Assembly: GCA_951406725.2 (NCBI GenBank)
Contig: OX597815.1
Location: forward strand, 67,952,001 to 68,016,000
From: Octopus vulgaris
Lineage: Eukaryota
DNA length: 64,000 bases
Reading direction: 5' to 3'
Within the stretch, counting starts at the first letter, position 1, and each line of letters starts with the position of its first letter. The notes under the pieces are model-generated. The model did not search any database. It worked only from the letters and a program-made list of their open reading frames with translations, and had not been told where the DNA came from. The position numbers and the translations under genes were made by a program. Below are positions 13,156 to 26,622 of the stretch, in pieces.

Positions 13156-15139
13156 TATGTGTGTGTGTACAGCAGATACCTGCCTCAAATTTAAACCCGA
13201 CTCTTTTCTTTACAAGTAAAACGTGTGTAAACAAACAGGACCTTTTAAAAATGACGACGTCAGAAAAATTTGGCCAAACAAATCATAAGAAACAGACAAG
13301 CTCTTGAACTCCTCACCTTTGGCTCAATAGAACATCGAGGATGTGACAGTTAGAGAGAGGATCTGGTGCAGTAAAGTAAAATGAATTATCTTACTCAAGG
13401 ACACAACTCAAGGACGCGCCGCCTGCTCCAGGAACCGAACTCACGACCTTATGATAGCGAAGCCAACACCCTAACCTTACACACACAAAGAAACGTGTAT
13501 ATATGTATGCATGCATGTATGTACATATGTATGTGTACGTATGTATGTATGTACGTATGTACGTATGTATGTATGTATGTATGTATGTATGTATGTATGT
13601 ATGTATGTATGCATGCATGCATGTGTGTGTGTTTGTCTGCATGCAGGTATGCATGTTTTTATGTATGTTTATAAGAATATATGTATGTTTCCATGTATGC
13701 GTATATGTATGTATTTATGTATGCATGTATGTATATCTGTGCATATGTGCATGTTTGTATGTAGTTCTGTATGCATCTATGTATATATGTATGTGTATAT
13801 GTATGTATGTGTATGTACCTATATATATGTATGCGTATATGTATGTATGTATGTATGCATGCATGCATGTATGTCATTATTCAGTTTATTTCAAGATTTC
13901 TTGCCAATAGAGAAAGAACCGGTTTCTAACCTAGATCCAAAGTTCCTTTATTAGAATTTCAACATCAACAACAGGGTATGTATGTATGTATGTATGTATG
14001 TATGGATGGATGGATGGATGGATGGATGGATGGATGGATGTATGGATGGATGGATGTATGTATGTATGTATGTATGTATGTATGTATGTATGTATGCATT
14101 CATGTACGTACAGATTTGTATGTTTTATGTATGTATTCTCATGCATCTTAACCTCCTCCCCTAAATATGCTGGCCTTGCGCAAAAATCTGAAACTTATTT
14201 ATTTTGGCTTTTAGGTGGCGAGCTGGTCAATCATGAGGACGTGCGGCAAAATGTTTAACCGCATTTCTTCTGAGCCTCTGTATATTCTGAGATCAAATTC
14301 TAATGGAGCACTAATTATGACGTAATCAAAATAGTCTTTCCTCTAAAATGGCTAGCCACGTACCAAAGTTTTAAATCATTTTTTTTTTGTTTTGGTCTCG
14401 TTGTCCAAACGCTCATATTTTGTCTCCATACAAATAATTTGCCTGAAGTAAAATTTTTACAAGTCCAATTTTCAAATTCTTTCATCAATAAATATGGTTA
14501 GTGTATGTTTCTGATATTATATCAGGCTGTCAAAAGTTATTGAAAGTGAACCATGATGTCTTCCGTCTGGCTTCCATTCTGGACAGCGCCTGTCGATATC
14601 GCTGTTGATGTGGAAATTGCCGCTTGCAAGTAAGTATCTTTTTGGTTTGTCCTGTCAATGGAACGGATTTCTTCGTGAGATCAATCAAATATCCAAAATG
14701 TTAGCAAGAATTCTGGTTCTGAGAATGTTTTGTGGGATATTGATTTGTTCAGTGAAAGATGTTCCGATGACCATATCTTGTCGTGTGTGTATGCCTGCAT
14801 ATGTATGTATGCATGTATTTATGTATGTATGTATGTATGCTTGCATGTGTGTATGTATGTATGTATGTATGTATGTATGTATGTATGTATGTATGTATGT
14901 ATATATGTATGTATGTATGCATGTATGTATGAATGAATGAATGTATGTGTGCATGTATGTATGTATGTATTTATATATGTATGTGTATGTATGTACTTGT
15001 GTGTATGGGTGTATACATGTGTTGTGTATGTCTATGTGCTTGTATGTATATATTCATTTAAGTATGCTGTGTTTATGTGTGCATGCATGTGCGAGTAAGT
15101 ATGCTTAAATGTACATATGTGAGTATATATATAGGGGTT

Positions 15140-15415
15140 AGGGTGTTACACTCATGATCATTAAATCGTGGTTTCAATTCCTAGACCGAGTGGTGCGTTG
15201 TATTCTTGAGTAAAACACTTCATCTCGCGTTGTTCTGCGATCACTTCGATACCTGACGCGTGGCACACAGTGCACCTGTTCAGACAATGTCGATTTGATG
15301 GAGAGAGTGAGCTAATGTGCGGCGCATACATTTGATCACTATAAACAAATCATTTGTGCAAGTCATGTGGAAGAAGCTGAATGTCCATACGTCGTCTTCG
15401 ACGGGAGAGTCCATC
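15140..15415 (+). mobile_element. tRNA-derived SINE (third family), decayed
   Basis: B-box-like GGTTTCAATTCC followed by GTGCGTTGTATTCTTGAGTAAAACACTT; related heads near 40960 and 46390, and on the minus strand near 13390-13475. Confidence 0.6.
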
Positions 15416-15789
15416 ATATGCATATATACGTAAATATCGAACAACGAGAATGAGTGCCCAACATTGTATTGGTGGATAAAATGTCTCTACTTGTACATTG
15501 AAGATAGCATTCGTTTCATGTTAAGAAAAATATCTTAATATCTTAACAATTTTTTCAAGCCGATCACATTGAGGAATAGTGTTCATCTCCATTTTGGATA
15601 AGTACGCACTCGTATATACATACATATATATATTTGTATATTTGGGGAAGAGCTTTTCGCGTAGATATTATTATGAAAACACGATTATGTTCTAATATAA
15701 TTATTAGTTTTATTATTTCAAAATTTTTTGTCTCCCACCCCCTATGATGGGTTTTAGGTGGGTTTACTCTTGGATAACAAGTCACCACC

Positions 15790-16100
15790 TGTAACCTCAG
15801 CCATCCAAGAACATTCGAATTATCTTCACAATAAGCATGTCAATTGCATATATTGTATGTACTTCTGCAAGCCGAAATTGTCTGTTCACTCTTTGAGTCT
15901 CATCCCCATTATGCCTAAGGCTCCACTGACAATTGGTACGATCTCATTTTCTTTGCAACCCCACAATCTGCTTATCTCTCTCTTCAAGACCTGGTATATA
16001 TCTACCTTCTTGATTTCTTTTGCTTTACTCTTGTCTAAAATGGACAGGCCACATCAATCATAGAGGAAATTCGCTCCCTCTTCTCAAACACTAAAGTATC
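15790..16100 (-). mobile_element. R4/Dong-type RLE C-terminal fragment
   Basis: Minus: MIDVACPF..KEIKKVDIYQVLKREISRLWGCKENEIVPIVSGALG..KIIRMFLDG*. Confidence 0.8.
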
Positions 16101-16217
16101 TCGTCTATTACGCACTAGGACATGATCCGTTTGGATACGAAAGTCCCAAAGAAGTTCTCAGTCCCTTTCTCAACAGCTACTGTCCTCCATGTCTTGGACT
16201 CTTTTGCCCAGTAAAAG

Positions 16218-16259
<42 letters not shown>

Positions 16260-16829
16260 GCATTACTATTATTATTATTATTATTATTATTATTATCATC
16301 ATCATCATCATCATCATCATCATCTTCATCATTATTATTATCATCGTCGTCATCATCATTATTATTACTGCATCTGCAAATCAGATCTTCATTGTTCGTT
16401 TGGAAAAATGAATTTCGCAAATTCATTTATATTAACGTCTCTAGACTATCTCAGCCACATCTTTGAGATGGATTTCTCTACTGACCATTTGATGTAGTCA
16501 GTTTATATTTAAAGAGATATTTCCTCCAGAATTTGACCGTTGGATGCTTAGAGTTCCACATTGTCGGATTAGCATTTGTGGCGTAGCACTAAAAACTATA
16601 ATTAACATAAACAATACATACAACACACACGCGAATCCGATGACGTAGAAAGCTAAAGGTTTAGTGGAATTAAAGTTTGTATATAAAGGTTTTCTGGAAT
16701 TAAAGTTTGTATAAAAATACGTCATACACTATAAAAGGGGCAGTTGAGAAGCTAAAGTTTGAAGTCACTGTCAATCATTTCTTGTAAAAATATATATATA
16801 TATATGTATGAGTGTATGATTATATACAA

Positions 16830-16906
<77 letters not shown>

Positions 16907-17273
16907 CACAGAGAGAGAGATACATGTGTATGCATATATAAATATATACATATATGTCTGGATATGTATACATACATATATACATATATGTATGGGTACA
17001 CACACATATATAGATAGATATGTATGTGTGTATTATATGTATTATATATAGAGAGAGAGCGAGAGAAAGAGAGAGAGAGGCAGACAGACAGACATATACA
17101 CACATACATACATACATACATACATACATACATACATACACACACACATACATACATACATACATACATACATACATACATACATACATACATGCAAACA
17201 TACACACATAGATACAAACACACATACATAGACCGACAGACGCTAAAAGATCCGTAATTCAGAAAAAATACAT

Positions 17274-17309
<36 letters not shown>

Positions 17310-17937
17310 ACATGCACACGCCACTTTATTGGAATTCATCTTGAGGTTCCAATATAGATACAATACATTATACGATGTTTTTTAACGACGGTGTTGAGGC
17401 GAGGCTTGGTTCTCCTTCGGGAAATTTCGCTCTACATATTACATATATTTCAACAAGATTCAATTAAACTTACAACCATTGCTGACCATTTCACACCTGT
17501 TTATGTATGTATGTATGTATGTATGTATGTATGTATGTATGTATGTATGTATGTATGTATGTATGTATGTATGTATGTATGTATGTGTGTGTGAGGGGGC
17601 GAGGCATTGATATACATATTGTTATGCATATATGCATAAATTCTGTATTGTGTCTGTGTATGTGTGCATGTATGTGTGTAAGTATGTATGTATATATGTA
17701 TGTGTGTCTATGTATGTAAGCATTTATGTATGCGTGTATGCATGCGTGCGTGTATGTAAGCATCTATGCATGCGTGAATGTATGCGTGTGTATGGAGGGA
17801 TGTATAGAAATATGTATATATATGTACATGTTCCTATGTATGTATGTGTAATATATGCATATATAGATGAAACATAAACTTATATCTCTATATACAACCA
17901 TATATACATACACATAATAAATACACAGACTTGCATT

Positions 17938-18003
<66 letters not shown>

Positions 18004-18044
18004 CATATATATACATATATACATATATATATATATATTTATTT

Positions 18045-18078
<34 letters not shown>

Positions 18079-18198
18079 ATGACTATATATATACACATAT
18101 ACATACATATATGTATGTGTGTTTAAATGCATATTTATATATATATAATTTATGTATATCTATATACATACATATATTTATATATATATATATATATT

Positions 18199-18291
<93 letters not shown>

Positions 18292-18503
18292 GTGTGTAAA
18301 CATAAATCACTTTTGGTAATATTCATATTAGAAAAGCTCCCATCCGACACACCAGATACCAAATAAAAGTTACCATCATCAATACCTACCTGACCAGCAA
18401 TACCATATATATGTCTAATATATTAACATGTCACTATACCTATAAACTTGTCTCAGGTATCTCCTCCTTTCCTAACAACATATTCAATTTCATTCATTTT
18501 CAG

Positions 18504-18564
<61 letters not shown>

Positions 18565-18769
18565 TTCACTTACTCTCTTTCTTTCGCCCCTTTCTTCCTT
18601 GCTAGCTTATTCACTCTTTAGGCCTTCCCTTTCTTTATTCGGACTTCTTTTTTCTATTCCTTTGCTTTCGTTTTCATTTATCCTTCTTTCCATAGTCCTC
18701 TTTATCTGTCCACATAAATACATTCATACATACATACATACATACATACATACATACATACATACATAC

Positions 18770-18843
<74 letters not shown>

Positions 18844-21800
18844 GCTTGTATATATGTCTATATAACAACCTGATAGTCAATCGATCTATTCATCTTTCTA
18901 TTTTTATCTAAATATCCATCTATCTTCCCCCCCTCTCTCTCTCTTTTTCTATTGTTCTCTCCCCTTCTACCTCCGTTTCTCTCCCTCCTTCTCACTCTTT
19001 ATCACTCTATCTATAGATCCATCTATGTATCTATGTATCTATTTAGCTATCTATCTTTTTATCTATCTATCCCTCCATCCATCTATCCATCTAGCTATCT
19101 CTCTAAATATCTCCTTTTCATATTCTTCCTTCGCGATATTCAACTTGCCACGCACTGATATTTGAAACTATTATAGGAATGAAAAGAACCATAAGAATAA
19201 TGGAAATGACAACAACAACAATGCTAGGAGCAACAAAAATGGTGATATTCTCTGTTCCCATAACATGCATTTACTCGATTCCAAACCGTCATTCCTCTCT
19301 ATGTATTCCTTGTAGTCTTCATTTTTTTTTCAACACATTGGTTATATATACGTTTTATATATGTTTTCCACAAATTTTCAACTCATGATTTTGCCACATG
19401 GTGTATAATGAATCTCCAGTATTTTTGCTCCTTTTATATATTTTTATATTTCTACTATTTGCCTCACGCTGTACACAAAATGCCTGCGAAACCAACTCTA
19501 CCTCATCGGATTAAATTACCAACGAGGACATCCTTAAGGAATTAAAAGAAATCAACACAAATTTAGTCACTCTAACCAACAAAATCGATGGAGACGACTT
19601 AGAAAACTTTCAAAGAAAGTAATCTACAGAGAAGGTCAGTCAAAATCTTAGTGAACTATGCACTACATTAAACTAATTCTTTACCAACATTTTCACAAAC
19701 AATACCATAAAAGATACACTACAAAAATCACCCACCCCAAATGAAAACACACCAATTTCAGCATACCTAATTAAAAACCGCATTAGTCACACTTGGTCCA
19801 AAAACCTCAACACCAGAAAACTCTCATTCTGGAACGTGATAAAAAAATAACAATAAGGCAAAAATATATGAAAAATGGATCACTTCAACACCATTAATCT
19901 TGCCATGCAAACTCCAAATCAAACCCATCCCAGATGAACCAGAACAACGCAATTATACCACCCAAAGGAAGGAATAAAACACTAGACGACTTCTGCAACC
20001 GTATCCAGAATTTTACCCACACTATCTATAGACCAAAAATTGTACCTAACTTCAACAACCTACAGCGGAAGCACCTACTACAGCTAAAAAGTGACAAAGA
20101 CCTGACAATCAAAGAAGCAGACAAAGATAGTGCTGTAGTCCTGATGGACACAGAATGCTATAAAAATGAGAAGAGAGAGTGAATTACTTAAACTCAGAGC
20201 TAAGAATCATGAACAAAAATATAAAATTGATATATATAAATATATAAATATATATATATAAAATATAAAATATAAAATCGATGATGCGATGATCACAGAA
20301 CTCACGATACATACCAGTGAACAACTTCTACAAAATGTTATTAAACTATGGAAAGACGACTGTGAATCGGAAGAAAATATTTCACTACAACGGTGGGAAA
20401 ACAATATCAATTTTTTCCTCAACTACGAATCTCAATTCAAAAAAGACTACACCTCAGACAACCCCTTTTTTAAAAGAAATCCAAAACAAATACATCCACA
20501 GAAACCAATAATCGTACATCCAGATCAAACTCCAACACAGACATACAAAACTACCCCACCACTGGAAAATCAACCACCACCAACCTTACAATAGGAACCC
20601 TCCATTCATAGGAAACACCAGTAAGAACCACCCATTAATAGAAAACACCAGTAAGAAACACCCCATGACTAGGAAGAATAATAATAACAATTATTATTTC
20701 AATTCTTTCCCTCCAACAACTAGAAACAGACAGGGGGTCCTACCTACTCCTCAACATAGGAATTCAACTACTATTTCACCCAGACAAAAAGAACATCTTC
20801 ACAGCGCCCCATACAGGGCCAAACACCCCTACAACTCATTCCAACATAAACACCCACACTATATAATCCCAACTAATTCACCTACACAACAATACTCCCA
20901 CAATAACAACCCTAACACTGAGAACCCCCTTCCGACCTAATTACAACAAACAACATTTTTTTAGACGGAGTAGAGAGACACAGGGACACACGTTGGAGCA
21001 TAACTTACGGGAGAAACTCAAAACATTCAACTTATCTAAGAAAACTCTCTCCACAACAAAAATCCATATTTTAGCTAAAGGTTCAAAATTTACCCCCCAC
21101 TCCACGTAGACCCAACTCCAATGAAATTAAAGATAATATTGCAGAACTCTGTAGAAAACTTCGATTGACAGAAGCACCAACCAACTACAACAACGATGAC
21201 GAATCACTAGTGAAAAACAAAAGCAATTATCTACCACCCAAAGGAAGGAATAAAATACTAGACGACTTCTGCAACCGTATCCAGAATTGTCCCCACACTA
21301 TCTATAGACCAAAAATTGTACCTGACTTCGACAACCTACAATGGAAGCACTTACTACAGCTAAAAAGCGACAAAGACCTGACAATCAAATAAGCAGACAA
21401 AGGTAGTGCTGTAGTCCTGATGGACACAGAATGCTATAAAAACCTAGCATTGGCCATACTAGAAAATGACATCTTTTATAAAAAAAAGTTGCTAATTATA
21501 GGCAGCAAAAAACATTAAAAGATCTTGCATCTTTAATACTCAAACATGGAAAAGGCCTCACAGAAAAAGAAAAAGACTATATCACAAACTTTAAATGCAA
21601 ACCAAGCCTTTTCTATGGACTCCCCAAAATCCACAAGAGTTAAATAATGCCTGAAAATCAAATCCAGGTCTATCCATAAATAATCCCAACACCAGAAGAC
21701 TTAAAATTAAGGCTTATTATAGCGGGCCCAGCCTGTGAAATTATACTGCCTAAGCAACTTTCTGGACATACTATTGAAACCTTTCCTCAGATACGTTAAA

Positions 21801-23396
21801 AGTTTCATTAGAGACGATCTGGACATGGTAGAGCATCTACCAAAAACCACCAACGAAGAAGCTCTATTAGTCTCCTTTGATGTCATCAACCTCAACACTA
21901 ACATTCCACATGACTACGGAATAGAGGCAATAAAATTCTGGTTAGAAAAATACCCGAAGTTCTCCCGGACCGCTTAAACCATACCATTGTCATTGAATTC
22001 CTGGAGTTCATCCTACAAAACAATTATCCCCTTTCGATGCAACATGCAGTATTGCGATGGGAACGAAAGCAACGCATGTCCTTACTAAGCTAATAATGGG
22101 TTTCTTTGAATCTATCCTATATGAACTTTTGCTCCAAACATTTGGACCCCGATTCCACCAGTATATAAGAGAAAACTGTAAGAGGTACCTAGACGATTTT
22201 TTTAATCATCTGGAATGAAACCTATGATAAACTCCTGGATTTCAAATCCTCACTGAACAATATAAACTCCTATATTCAATTTACAATGGAATATAGCAAG
22301 GAACAGCTCCCATTTCTGGACATTTTGATTATAAAAAAATCCAACGACCAAATTGCAACTGACATCTACTACAAACCAACAGACTCAAAACAGTATCTCC
22401 TTTTCAGTTCATGCCATCCTAAACGCACCAAAATATATATCCCATTCAATCTAGCTAAAAGGATCTGTACAATTGTATCTGACACAACCACGCGGGAACT
22501 TCGCCTACAAGGCCCCAAAATAACACTCACTGAACGTCAATACCCACCCTCACTTATATACCATGGAATTGAACGTGCCAAGAAATTAGACACAAACACA
22601 CTAAGGACAACAAAACAAACACCAAACCTCACTTTAAATCACTCCCATACATATCAACCCACAACCCCAGTAACAATGAAGCATGCAGTACAATTATACA
22701 AAATCTCCCTCTGCTCACTCAAGACCCGAAAATGAACAACATCCTAAATACACATAAACTCTTCAAATGCAAAAGACAACACAAATCACTCATGAGACTC
22801 CTAACAAGTGCAAAAAACTATACTCAATACATACGATACCAGCAGTTAAAAAATGCAGACGACCTAATTGTAGTACATATCCATACCTAACTGAATGCTC
22901 AGAATTCATATTCCAGCAAGGAGAAAAATTCTCAATTAAGGCCAACTTCACATGTGCTTCCCAGAACTTTATCTATGCCCTAACCTGCTCAGATTGTGGC
23001 CACAATTATGTGGGCCAAACGAGTCTTACTTTGAGGCGCATAGTCACGCTCCATAAATAACAGATTCGTTTTCCTCAATACATGCAGATAGCCCAGAGTG
23101 AACATATCGACAGATGCGCAAGAAATAAACGCCGAATTTACATATCTTTCCATTATACCAATGTAAAGATTCACTCTCCTTGCAAGAACGCCTAAACAAG
23201 GAAAACCTGTTCATACAAAAGTACTTCACACCTTATTATACAAACTTGACCACTTCAAAAATTATACTGAAGACTTAGTTGTCCCCCTTGCCACGTGTTA
23301 CCTCCCTTGGTCCACTCTCTAAACTCATTCTTATTTTTCAAGCATCCAAAATGGCGAGACTCCTTTGTCACAAGAATTGATTACTTCACATTGTCC

Positions 23397-23616
23397 CTTA
23401 TTTCTTTATCGCCCACAAGGGGCTAACGTATAGGGGACAAACTAGGACAGACAAGGGGATTAAGTCGATTACATCGACCTCAATGCGTAACTGGTACTTA
23501 ATTTATCGACCCCGAAAGTATGATAAGCAAAGTCGACCTCGGCGGAATTTGAACTCAGGACGAAATACCGCCAAGTATTTCGCCCGGCGTGCTAACGTTT
23601 CTACCAACTCGCCGCC
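23397..23616 (-). mobile_element. tRNA-derived SINE inserted in the PLE 3' region with a ~16-bp TSD
   Basis: Minus: GGCGGCGAGTTGGTAGAAACG A-box and GAGTTCAAATTCC B-box; TSD TTACTTCACATTGTCC (23381-23396) / TTACTTCACAATGGTCC (23617-23633). Confidence 0.9.
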
Positions 23617-23629
23617 TTACTTCACAATG

Positions 23630-23670
23630 GTCCTTGAAAAGCTAATTTAAATAGCGAAAACCGGTTGGAT
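23630..23670 (+). ncRNA. Decayed minimal hammerhead of the PLE 3' region
   Basis: GTCC TTGAAAA GCTA ATTTAAA TAGC GAAA ACCGGT T GGAT; helices I and II pair, core CUGAAGA is mutated. Confidence 0.65.
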
Positions 23671-23864
23671 ATCACTACATCCATAAAATATGTATATATT
23701 TTTTAAAATTTCTTTATAAAAAGATATTAAACCATGTGAAACGAAGGCATTTCTCTTCCACTTTTTATATATGTTTTCCACATATTTTCAACTCATAATT
23801 TTGCCATGTGTTGTATACTGAATCTCCATTATTTTTGCTCCTTTTATATATTTTTATATTTCTA

Positions 23865-23924
<60 letters not shown>

Positions 23925-24102
23925 CGACACCTTTCACTTTCGACAACGCAGCTGTACATCCATATTTCGATTTCTTTTATAACATTATTCAGAAAGTTTT
24001 CGCTAACATTTGAACCATCAAACTATCCCTAACTAACTGCTAGTCGGTTATCCTTTTGTTCATCAACCAGTAAACGCAGCACAAATATGACTGAAACATG
24101 AA

Positions 24103-24260
24103 GCAGGCGTGGCTGCGTGGTAAGAAACTTGCTTCCCAACCACATGGTTCCTGGTTCAGTCCACTGCGTGGCACTTTAAGCATGTGTCTTCTACTATAGC
24201 CTCAGGCCGACTGAAGCCTTTTGAGTGGATTTCGTAGACGGAAACTGAAAGCTTGTCGTA
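24103..24260 (+). mobile_element. SINE 5' half (family of 7400-7800)
   Basis: GCAGGCGTGGCTGCGTGGTAAG..GGTTCAGTCC..TAGACGGAAACTGAAAG aligns with 7400-7550. Confidence 0.85.
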
Positions 24261-25006
24261 TATATATATATGTATGTATATGTATGTCCCTCTCTCTCTC
24301 TCTCTTACTCTTCCGTCCTTGTTCTTTCGTTGCTCGCACATGACCATCAGCTATCTTTCTTTTCCTAACTTGAATTTCTTTCTTTCTCTCTGATTAGCCA
24401 CATGGATAAGACGCATTCTTGTCTGTCTCCTGTCAGAGCTTGTTCCTCCGCGTTCACCAACTCAACTCGTTTAGAATTAGCAGCTCTTCCTGTTTGTTTT
24501 CACTGTCCTGTTTTTGTTACCAAATTCGTATTCCATGTTTTCATATTTCATGTTGTTTACGTTCTATGGTGTTCTTGTGCCCATTTATGCATGTGTATAT
24601 ACATATATATGTATGCATATATATTTATGTATTATTTATATTATATATATATATATGTGAATGAATATGTATGTGTGTGTGTGTGTGTGTGGTTGCCTTC
24701 GGACCCAACCTGACAAAGGGAAGGGACCTCCTCCCCACAGCAGGAATTCATGGTCTCTTCTTGCCTCTCCAAGCCCCATACCGATGTAAAAGTTGAATTC
24801 TTTTCTCTCAGAGACCTTGCTTCTGGCTGTCCCACCACTTAGATCGAGAGTATTTGAACAATCAGACGAGTTTTTGCGTTTGTGAAACTCTCAATGAAGT
24901 AGGTTTAAGTAATGAACTGTTCAAACATATTTTTAATTCCTGTGACACATGCTGAGTGCCCTTTCCTTCGTCTATACACTTATCAGTTTTTGCCCGTCCA
25001 TTTATT

Positions 25007-25046
<40 letters not shown>

Positions 25047-25124
25047 TATATATACATACATACATATATATATATATTTACATACATATATATATATGTA
25101 TATATAAATATGTATATATATATG

Positions 25125-25183
<59 letters not shown>

Positions 25184-25761
25184 AAATTACATGAACGTAT
25201 ATAAACAGAAGATACAAATATTACAGGCACCCCCACATACACTAAATAAACATAGACGCACATAGAGATATAAGCATGTGCAAATGAAGACATACAATAG
25301 AAATACAAAATGGCTGACCGTTAGTAAAGAGAGACACAAATAAGAAAGAAGAAAACAAAGGACCACTGATGCGGTCACAGGAGTGTGACGAAAGAACTCT
25401 GGCCGAAATAAGATTAAGATTAATGTAAAAAATAAATAACGCTGAAGCAAAGTAACACCAGATATATAGTGCGTGTGATTTTATTGGCTAAACTTTGCTT
25501 CAGCGTTATTTATTTTTTACATTAATCTTAATCTTATTTCGGCCAGAGTTCTTTCGTCACACTCCTGTGACCGCATCAGTGGTCCTTTGTTTTCTTCTTT
25601 CTTATTTGTGTCTCTCCTTACTAACGGTCAGCCATTTTGTATTTCTATTGTATGTCTTCATTTGCGCATGCTTATATCTCTATGTGCGTCTATGTTTATT
25701 TAGTGTATGTGGGGGTGCCTGTAATATTTGCATCTTCTGTTTATATACGTTCATGTAATTT
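25184..25761. repeat. 270-bp near-perfect inverted repeat (tail-to-tail PLE pLTRs), 38-bp spacer
   Basis: Arms 25184-25453 and 25492-25761; I count three transitions between them; mirrored ORFs 25187..25450(-) and 25495..25758(+). Confidence 0.95.
25360..25404 (+). ncRNA. Minimal hammerhead, variant core (mirror copy at 25541-25585 minus)
   Basis: GGACCA CTGATGC G GTCAC AGGAGT GTGAC GAAA GAAC TC TGGCC. Confidence 0.7.
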
Positions 25762-25880
25762 GTTTTTGTTGTTGTTGTTCTTGTTTATTCTTATTTTGTT
25801 CATGTGTTTACATCCCTTTATTATTATCATTACATATGCTTGTATGTATAACAACAATACTAGTAATAATAATAATAAAT

Positions 25881-25943
<63 letters not shown>

Positions 25944-26157
25944 TTTATTTCTATTTGTTTATTTATCTGTGTATTTATTATGTTTTCGGGATCCTCTACC
26001 GTCATATGTTGTGGTGTGTGCTTGTGTTCCATTCTAGTTTTCTATTCAGGCTAGGTTTATTTTCTATTATGTGTGTAGCTTCTGTAATTTGTCTGATTGT
26101 TGCATCTGTTCTATGTGTGGACAATATTTTAATTTCTATGTTGTTGATTGATCCCCC

Positions 26158-26160
<3 letters not shown>
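25470..26160 (-). mobile_element. PLE 3' end (GIY-YIG C-terminus plus pLTR)
   Basis: ORF 26002..26241(-) EIKILS..IRQITEATHIIENKPSLNRKLE; followed by the hammerhead and AATAAA near 25480. Confidence 0.8.
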
Positions 26161-26199
<39 letters not shown>

Positions 26200-26328
26200 G
26201 ACACACGAGTGAGTGGACAAACGGAAGAAAAGGGCACTCAACGCATTTACCAGGAGTTATGTATTATTTAAAACATGTATTATTAAAATATGTATTATCT
26301 ATTCGGTCCTGAATCTAACTGTTTTAAA

Positions 26329-26372
<44 letters not shown>

Positions 26373-26622
26373 ATTTAGCTGAATAAGGTACTTAAAGTTA
26401 AGGCACCTGGTTAGCTCGGAATAAAACGCACACACCACAAATATAGATGAATTCCAACCTTGGTACAGGAGTACTGGCAGAATGATCTTCATGTAACGTA
26501 TACCGTTAATTGGACCTGCTCTTGCGCTTTTCAAACATGTACATTTTAATTAAATATACAGTCCATAATATATTTCGGAATATGCAAAGAACATGTTCCA
26601 AGATAGCTGAATTAAAAATAAA

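Larger units (their letters stand above)
19345..23868 (+). mobile_element. Near full-length decayed Neptune-like Penelope element (upstream ORF, RT, GIY-YIG) with direct terminal repeats
   Basis: RT motifs ADKGSAVVLMD, FYGLPKIHK, SFDVINLNTNIPH, IAMGT, RYLDD, LPFLD, YYKPTD; Cys linker and FTCASQNFIYALTCSDCGHNYVGQT GIY-YIG; ~105-bp direct repeat at about 19352-19455 and 23763-23867; many stops and frameshifts. Confidence 0.92.
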
